Shown piece by piece: positions 63,535 through 64,000 of a stretch of 64,000 nucleotides of DNA; position 1 is the first letter of the stretch; the number at the start of each line of letters is the position of its first letter. The position numbers and the translations under genes were made by a program. The DNA is from Octopus sinensis (taxonomy: Eukaryota), in contig NC_043021.1 of assembly GCF_006345805.1 (NCBI RefSeq), positions 15,748,001 to 15,812,000 of the forward strand, written 5' to 3'. The notes below the pieces were generated by a model, which saw nothing but the letters and a program-made list of their open reading frames with translations, searched no databases and had not been told where the DNA came from.

Positions 63535-64000
63535 CCTTATCTCCTCAAAGACATACATCATCTCGAAAGAGTCCAGAAGCTGGCTACCCGCATGGTTCTT
63601 GGTCTCAAGCATTTGTCTTATGAAGAAAGGCTGAAGACGCTCGACCTTTATTCTCTAGAAAAACGACGACACCATGGTGATCTCATTCTTACTCACAACA
63701 TCATAAGTGGAAAGTGTAATCTCTCGAAAGAGCTGTTCTCCACTCCTGCTCCAGAGCGTCGGTTGCGGGGTCACTCCGAAAAGCTCTATCTGCGACGATT
63801 TCATCTCAATCGAAGGAGAGGGGTTTTCTCCGTCCGAGTTGCGGATCCGCGGAATAAGCTGCCAGACGAGATAGTGAAGATGCCGACAACCGCTCAGTTC
63901 AAAGTCTCTCTTGACCAGAAATGGCCTGAACTCTTTGCATGAACACCCCTGTACAAAAACTCCATGTCCCCCTACATGGCCTTGCTTTTTGCTTTTTGAG
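63535..64000 (+). mobile_element. CR1-clade LINE 3' fragment
   Basis: LERVQKLATRMV...SYEERLKTLDLYSLEKRR...GDLI...RGHS...FSVRV...NKLP. Confidence 0.9.

Noticed and set aside
53745-64000. Search for the first (signal-peptide) exon of the nrf-6-like gene
   Set aside because: No ATG-to-phase-0-donor candidate was convincing; it may lie beyond the window or be too short to spot by eye.

Overview
AT-rich, repeat-dense animal genomic DNA. The tRNA-derived SINE families, RTE/CR1/RLE retroelements and microsatellites look like an octopus (coleoid cephalopod) genome; this is inference, not a database result. The main feature is one minus-strand gene for an NRF-6/OACYL-type protein (NRF domain plus acyltransferase-3 membrane domain). 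I traced 15 GT-AG coding exons by hand from 51518 down to the stop at 14161. All splice phases chain, giving 2430 nt and 809 aa; the signal-peptide exon(s) were not found. The rest is transposon debris: a fragmented Gypsy-type LTR element, RTE and CR1 LINE pieces, RLE-type non-LTR elements in microsatellites, Tc1/mariner and hAT derivatives, many SINEs, foldback elements and minisatellites. A probable promoter and first exon of a downstream minus-strand gene lie near 7.5-7.75 kb. The most notable observations are: a tandem array derived from the terminal exon that keeps a second in-frame splice acceptor; a candidate 45-nt SINE-born cassette exon with a GC donor; an unusually long Pro/Tyr-motif loop in the protein; an RLE retroelement apparently targeting (CATA)n; and long hairpins beside three exons in the same part of the gene. 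No prokaryotic systems or CRISPR arrays are supported.
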